Shown: positions 59,447-64,000 of the stretch, piece by piece
How positions within the stretch are numbered: the stretch's first letter is position 1
How the letters are laid out: the number at the start of each line of letters is the position of its first letter
From: Flavobacteriales bacterium
GTDB taxonomy: Bacteria; Bacteroidota; Bacteroidia; NS11-12g; UBA955
NCBI GenBank assembly: GCA_947463125.1
Contig: CANHQZ010000002.1
Span: 46,951-110,950, forward strand
Direction of reading: 5' to 3'
DNA length: 64,000 bases
Notes under the pieces: model-generated
What the model was told of the DNA's origin: nothing
Database searches by the model: none
What the model saw: only the letters and a program-made list of their open reading frames with translations
Position numbers and translations under genes: made by a program

Positions 59447-60727
59447 TTAACGGTTCATCAGATCCTCAATCTCTTCTGCTTCAATTGGCAATCCTGCCAT
59501 AAAGTCATGAATGCCGTCGGCTTTTAGAAGTACATCATTCTCAATCCTAACGCCAATTCCTTCCTCAGGAACATAAATTCCGGGCTCAATGGTAAGCACA
59601 TTTCCTACCTGCAGTTCTTCAAAACGGTGCATGGTATCGTGCACATCCAGGCCAAGGTGGTGGCTTGTGCCGTGCATAAAGTAACGTGCAAATGCGCGCT
59701 TGTCTTTTTTAACATCTTCCATACTTAACAAGCCGAGATTGACCAGTTGTTCTGTCATCACTTCGCAAACTTCTTGGTGGTATTCTGGTAGTTTTTTTCC
59801 GGGCTTGAGAAGGCCTGCAGCTGCCCTGTGAACGTGAAGCACTGCATTGTAAATGGCTTTTTGTCTGGGTGAAAACTTTCCGCTTACCGGCAGGCACCTT
59901 GTTAGGTCACCATTGTAGTTGGCATATTCAGCCCCGAAATCCAGCAGCAGCAAATCTCCGTCTTTGCATATTTTGTTGTTCTCAATGTAGTGCAGTACGC
60001 AAGCGCTGGAACCGCTTCCAATAATGGGGTCGAAGGCAAAGCCTGAGGAACGGCGCCGGATAAATTCATGTATCAGTTCAGCTTCAATCTCATACTCCCA
60101 TACACCTGGCTTAACGAATGTGAGCAAACGCTCAAAGCCTGCACGGGTAATGTTTACTGCTTCTGTGATTAGGTCTATTTCTTCCTGTTCTTTTACCATA
60201 CGGCACTGTGCCAAAATGGGGGCACTACGGGCAATTTTGTGAGCAGGGTAGCGGTACTTGATTTCATGCGCAAACCGAAACTGATTTGCAGGCACTGTAT
60301 CTACAGAACGGTCGTTTTCATTGAGATTAAGATAGATTGTTTCTGCCAGTAAAAAAGCCGCATGAATGGTTTTTTTGAAATCATGATACCAGAAAACCCT
60401 TTCTATCCCGCTGACTGCGGAAGCTTCTGCCGGCATAAGCCTTGCACCATCCCAAACTGCAATTTGTTCGGATGTCTCTTTAATGAAAAGCATCTCTTTA
60501 AACAGCGGATTTGGACTGTCAGGGAACAATACCAGAATGGTGTCCTCCTGATCGATTCCCGTGAGGTAAAATAAATCGGAGTTTTGCTTGAATTTATAGT
60601 ATGCATCTCCATTTTTCGGCACTTCATCATTGCTGTGAAAAACAGCGATGGAGCCGGGTTTCATCGATGCGGTGAATTTTTTCCTGTTCTTGATAAATAG
60701 CGATGAAGGAATAGAGTTGTATTTCAT
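59447..60727 (-). CDS. pepP: Xaa-Pro aminopeptidase (M24B)
   Basis: LLLDFGAEY..Y.GDLTR, HGTSHHLGLDVHD, TIEPGIY, GVRIENDV. Confidence 0.9.
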   Translation of the reverse strand: MKYNSIPSSLFIKNRKKFTASMKPGSIAVFHSNDEVPKNGDAYYKFKQNSDLFYLTGIDQEDTILVLFPDSPNPLFKEMLFIKETSEQIAVWDGARLMPAEASAVSGIERVFWYHDFKKTIHAAFLLAETIYLNLNENDRSVDTVPANQFRFAHEIKYRYPAHKIARSAPILAQCRMVKEQEEIDLITEAVNITRAGFERLLTFVKPGVWEYEIEAELIHEFIRRRSSGFAFDPIIGSGSSACVLHYIENNKICKDGDLLLLDFGAEYANYNGDLTRCLPVSGKFSPRQKAIYNAVLHVHRAAAGLLKPGKKLPEYHQEVCEVMTEQLVNLGLLSMEDVKKDKRAFARYFMHGTSHHLGLDVHDTMHRFEELQVGNVLTIEPGIYVPEEGIGVRIENDVLLKADGIHDFMAGLPIEAEEIEDLMNR

Positions 60728-60876
60728 GATATTGTTAGCAAAAATAGCTCTTTTGCATCAATATGCCTGCCTTAATTTGCACTTGAAAACTTGTTAATAT
60801 TCTACAAAAAATATTTTAAGCTGCTGCGTTCAGTTATCGATTTGGTCAATACTTTGGTTGAATAATAAAAAATTCA

Positions 60877-60884
60877 TAATTTTG
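60877..60884 (+). promoter_or_regulatory. -7 promoter element TAATTTTG for the large secreted protein
   Basis: Exact TAnnTTTG in AT-rich intergenic DNA. Confidence 0.5.
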
Positions 60885-60947
60885 AGGCAACGATGGGTTG
60901 TGTTGTATTGTCAATCACAACATCAATCCTTTAAGATTGAATCGCTT

Positions 60948-63900
60948 ATGATGAGAAAAATACTGTTTGCTATGGCCCTGTTCATGGGTCTTTCCGACAA
61001 TTTGAATGCTACCCACATGATGGGTGCAGATGTTTCCTATCGTTGTTTAGGCAACGGAAGGTACCGCATTATTGCCAAGGTTTACCGGGATTGCAAGGGG
61101 ATTAGCTTCAACAGCCCATCCTTTCAGGCTTTTGCCGGTCTGAACGGCGGGAATACCTGTGGCAGTGTTGGGTTATCAATCAGCCGCACAGGAATCCGCG
61201 ATGTTACGCCCCGCTGTTCAACCGCCGCTCAGCCCTGTAATCCGCAAAATACAAATTTTACAGGTCAGGGTGTTGAGGAGCATACTTTCGAAACTACTGT
61301 AGATTTTAACGTCGCTCCGCTAAGGAATTTCCGAAATAATCCCAATTGCTGCGAAGTTACTTTTGCTATAGGTCAGTGCTGCCGAAATGATCAGATTACG
61401 ACTCTCAACGGTCCTGGTGGAACGGACTTTTGGGCGACTTGTATGATTAACATATGTAACATTCCTAAGACTACAAATAAATGTAATTCAAGCCCGATTC
61501 TTTCCAATCAGCCTGTGGGTTACCTGTGTTGCAACCAGACATATTACTTCAATAACGGGGCCATTGATACCATCGATTTTGACTCGCTGTCATACAAGTT
61601 AATAAACGGAATTAATACACTGCCCAATAACAGTGTAAGTTACAAAAATCCTTTTACGTTCAGGTTCCCAATGACGCCTTTCTGCATTCCTATCGGAAGC
61701 GTTAGTTGCACGCCCAATCCAAATACCAATCCGCCCCGAGGATTCTTCTTCGATGAAGGTACAGGTGATATAGTGTTTACGCCTACCAAGTGTGATGAAA
61801 TAGGAGTAGTGGTTATTGAGATATCGGAATTTCGAAGAGATAGTGCCACCGGAGTCTGGCTCAACATTGGTCGAACGCGACGGGATATGCAATTAATTGT
61901 TCTCGCCGATTGCGGATACAACAATGCCCCAAAACTTTTAGGCCCCACCAGTGTGAAAGTCTGCGAAGGTGACCGTATTTGCTTCAAGATTGACGGCAAG
62001 GACGAGACCTTTGTGCCTAACCAGACCATTCCGGATACTGTGCAGATGAAATGGAACCGCGGTATTCCCGGAGCTACCTTTACCATATTAAATCCTACAG
62101 CCAGAGAGAAGACAGCAGAGTTTTGCTGGCAGACCAAAATAGGACAGGCCAGTGAAGTTTCCTATTCATTTACTGTTACCGCTACTGATGATCATTGCCC
62201 AAGACCTTCAACAGCTGTCCGCGGTTTCAAGGTAAAAGTAAATCCCCGTGCTTTCAGCACCCGTAAATATACTATTTTAAAATGCGGCCGCTTTGCCTGG
62301 GATGCCAATGTGCCCCCCGGATTCAAGGGTATTCCTACCTATCGCTGGAGTCTTCGCGACAGCAACGGGTCCAAGGAACTGCTGTTCTCCACCAAAAAGA
62401 CAGATACACTAACCTACAAGCGCGGTGGTAAGTACATTATGGTTCACACGGTAAACAACCCTGACAACTGTCCGACGATATACCGTGATACGATTATTGT
62501 ACCCAACCCGCCAACAGCCGTGCTGGCGACCAAGGATACGTTTGCGTGTTTTAACAGCTCCATCAGCCTTCAGCCAAACATATTGTTTGCAAAAGCGCCA
62601 TACCGTTACCGCTGGACACGCCCGATTACCCATATTTCTGGGGATACGAACAGCATGCTGACGATTCCGAAAATCGTTAGTGATTCAACGCTGGTGGTTC
62701 GGATTACCGATGGAGACGGCTGCCGTTTCTTCGATACGGTAACTGTGTTTAAGAAGTCGTTGCCGGTGGTAAGCCTGGGCCCTGACAAGCGGATATGTAC
62801 GTATGACAGCATGAAGTTTGATGCGGGTCATTCTGATACGGTATTCTATAGCTGGAACAGCGGTGACACAACCCGCGAGATCACCAAGCATGTGAAAGGG
62901 TTGTATATCGTAACGATCACAGACACCACCTGGTTATGCCAGCAAAAGGATACGGTAGAGTTGTTTGTGAACGATACGGTGGTGAGCATAGCGGGAGCGG
63001 ATAAGGAGATATGCCATCAGGATACGATGCTGCTGGCAGCACAGCACCGCCCGCCAAGTATTTCGGCAAACTACCGCTGGACAAACATAACCACCAGTAC
63101 CCTGCTTGGCACAAGCTTCTCGTACAAGGTATCTCCGCGTAACCCCACCTCACCCGGCGGCACGCCTGCGTTCTTCAACTACGAGTTGTTTACAAGGGTA
63201 ACGCAGGGAGGCGTGACGTGTGAGGATTATGATACGGTTCGGGTGCGTGTGAATGTACTTCCCCGCGTGTGGTGGGATCCGAAGCCACTGAAGAGCCAGT
63301 GTCACGCATTCGGCGATATACCGCTGTATCCGTTTGTAAATCCGAAGGCGGGCAACAACATCAGTGTATGGGCAGGAACGCGCAGGGTTCGCAACAACAT
63401 GGTAGACAGCCTTGCTCCGAACCAGTTCGTATACCGCACCACGCGATTAAATAACAGCACCCTTCAGAACGGGGTATTCCGTCAGGACAGGGTATACCTT
63501 CGATTCCGCGATACCAATGGATGTGTCAACATAGACAGTACAACCCAGCGTATCAATGGTACGCCTGTGGTTCAGTTGCAGAAGCGCACCTACTGCCAGG
63601 ATGCAGGTAAAGCGCCACTGGCCAACAGCATCATCCGCCCCCAGCCGGGTATAACGGTAAATGTGGCGTGGAAGGTGCTGGAAGTACCCAGTGGTATTGA
63701 TCCGACGAGCATACTGTATGAAGATCCTGTAGGAACCCAGCGTTTCTGGATGCGCTTTGGAGATCCGACAGAAGATAAGTATGCAGGTACATACAAGCTT
63801 GAGTACTGTGTTGAAGACAGGCTGACGGGCTGTAGGAAGTGCGATACCACCACCGTTGATATTATTACCGAACCGACGGTAAAGGTAACATCTCCCAATC

Positions 63901-64000
63901 CGCTGTGCGTAAACTGGGATACGATAGACCTGAACGACTATGTATTGCTGAACGGCAACCGCCCGAAGGAAGGTGATGGCTGGTTCACGGTGCTGGAATA
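60948..64000 (+). CDS. Large secreted cysteine-rich protein with Ig/PKD/SprB-like repeats, probable T9SS cargo; truncated at the window end and absent from the ORF track
   Basis: Frame open from ATG 60948 to the end (>1000 codons): MMRKILFAMALFMGLSDNLNATHMMGADVSYRC...YRDC...QCCRN...RRDMQ, then repeats such as LGPDKRIC...YSW...YIVTITD..C..KDTV. Confidence 0.85.
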   Translation, partial: MMRKILFAMALFMGLSDNLNATHMMGADVSYRCLGNGRYRIIAKVYRDCKGISFNSPSFQAFAGLNGGNTCGSVGLSISRTGIRDVTPRCSTAAQPCNPQNTNFTGQGVEEHTFETTVDFNVAPLRNFRNNPNCCEVTFAIGQCCRNDQITTLNGPGGTDFWATCMINICNIPKTTNKCNSSPILSNQPVGYLCCNQTYYFNNGAIDTIDFDSLSYKLINGINTLPNNSVSYKNPFTFRFPMTPFCIPIGSVSCTPNPNTNPPRGFFFDEGTGDIVFTPTKCDEIGVVVIEISEFRRDSATGVWLNIGRTRRDMQLIVLADCGYNNAPKLLGPTSVKVCEGDRICFKIDGKDETFVPNQTIPDTVQMKWNRGIPGATFTILNPTAREKTAEFCWQTKIGQASEVSYSFTVTATDDHCPRPSTAVRGFKVKVNPRAFSTRKYTILKCGRFAWDANVPPGFKGIPTYRWSLRDSNGSKELLFSTKKTDTLTYKRGGKYIMVHTVNNPDNCPTIYRDTIIVPNPPTAVLATKDTFACFNSSISLQPNILFAKAPYRYRWTRPITHISGDTNSMLTIPKIVSDSTLVVRITDGDGCRFFDTVTVFKKSLPVVSLGPDKRICTYDSMKFDAGHSDTVFYSWNSGDTTREITKHVKGLYIVTITDTTWLCQQKDTVELFVNDTVVSIAGADKEICHQDTMLLAAQHRPPSISANYRWTNITTSTLLGTSFSYKVSPRNPTSPGGTPAFFNYELFTRVTQGGVTCEDYDTVRVRVNVLPRVWWDPKPLKSQCHAFGDIPLYPFVNPKAGNNISVWAGTRRVRNNMVDSLAPNQFVYRTTRLNNSTLQNGVFRQDRVYLRFRDTNGCVNIDSTTQRINGTPVVQLQKRTYCQDAGKAPLANSIIRPQPGITVNVAWKVLEVPSGIDPTSILYEDPVGTQRFWMRFGDPTEDKYAGTYKLEYCVEDRLTGCRKCDTTTVDIITEPTVKVTSPNPLCVNWDTIDLNDYVLLNGNRPKEGDGWFTVLE

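Noticed and set aside
60892..60924. Hairpin in the leader of the large secreted gene (GTTGTG...CACAAC)
   Set aside because: Imperfect stem with no U-tract or known riboswitch features; not enough to call

Overview
Gene-dense chromosomal window from a Bacteroidota bacterium. The assignment rests on TAnnTTTG -7 promoter elements just upstream of many starts, a lack of obvious Shine-Dalgarno sites, type IX secretion (T9SS)-type cargo proteins and D-S/T-hydrophobic O-glycosylation sequons. Most genes are housekeeping: sppA, rpe, folP, fumC, maeB, rseP, ung, ftsE, a CCA-adding enzyme, serS, rnr, pccB/accB/accC, gyrB, pcm and a pepP-like peptidase, plus two TolC-type export loci. I saw no rRNA, tRNA, CRISPR array or mobile element. 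The most unusual gene (4251-7445) fuses a DUF5723-like outer-membrane barrel to a ~500-residue cysteine-punctuated coiled coil. Other notable items: a PAS kinase plus receiver-Crp/Fnr hybrid regulator with two matching (A/G)TGAC-N4-GTCAT palindromes; an SNF2 ATPase with a QLDLF beta-clamp-type motif; twin ECF-type promoters built on stop codons; a degenerate ABC exporter; a T9SS-secreted CotH kinase coupled to a membrane glycosyltransferase-like gene; and a large secreted protein (60948 to window end) absent from the ORF track. All family assignments come from motif recognition by eye, not database searches.
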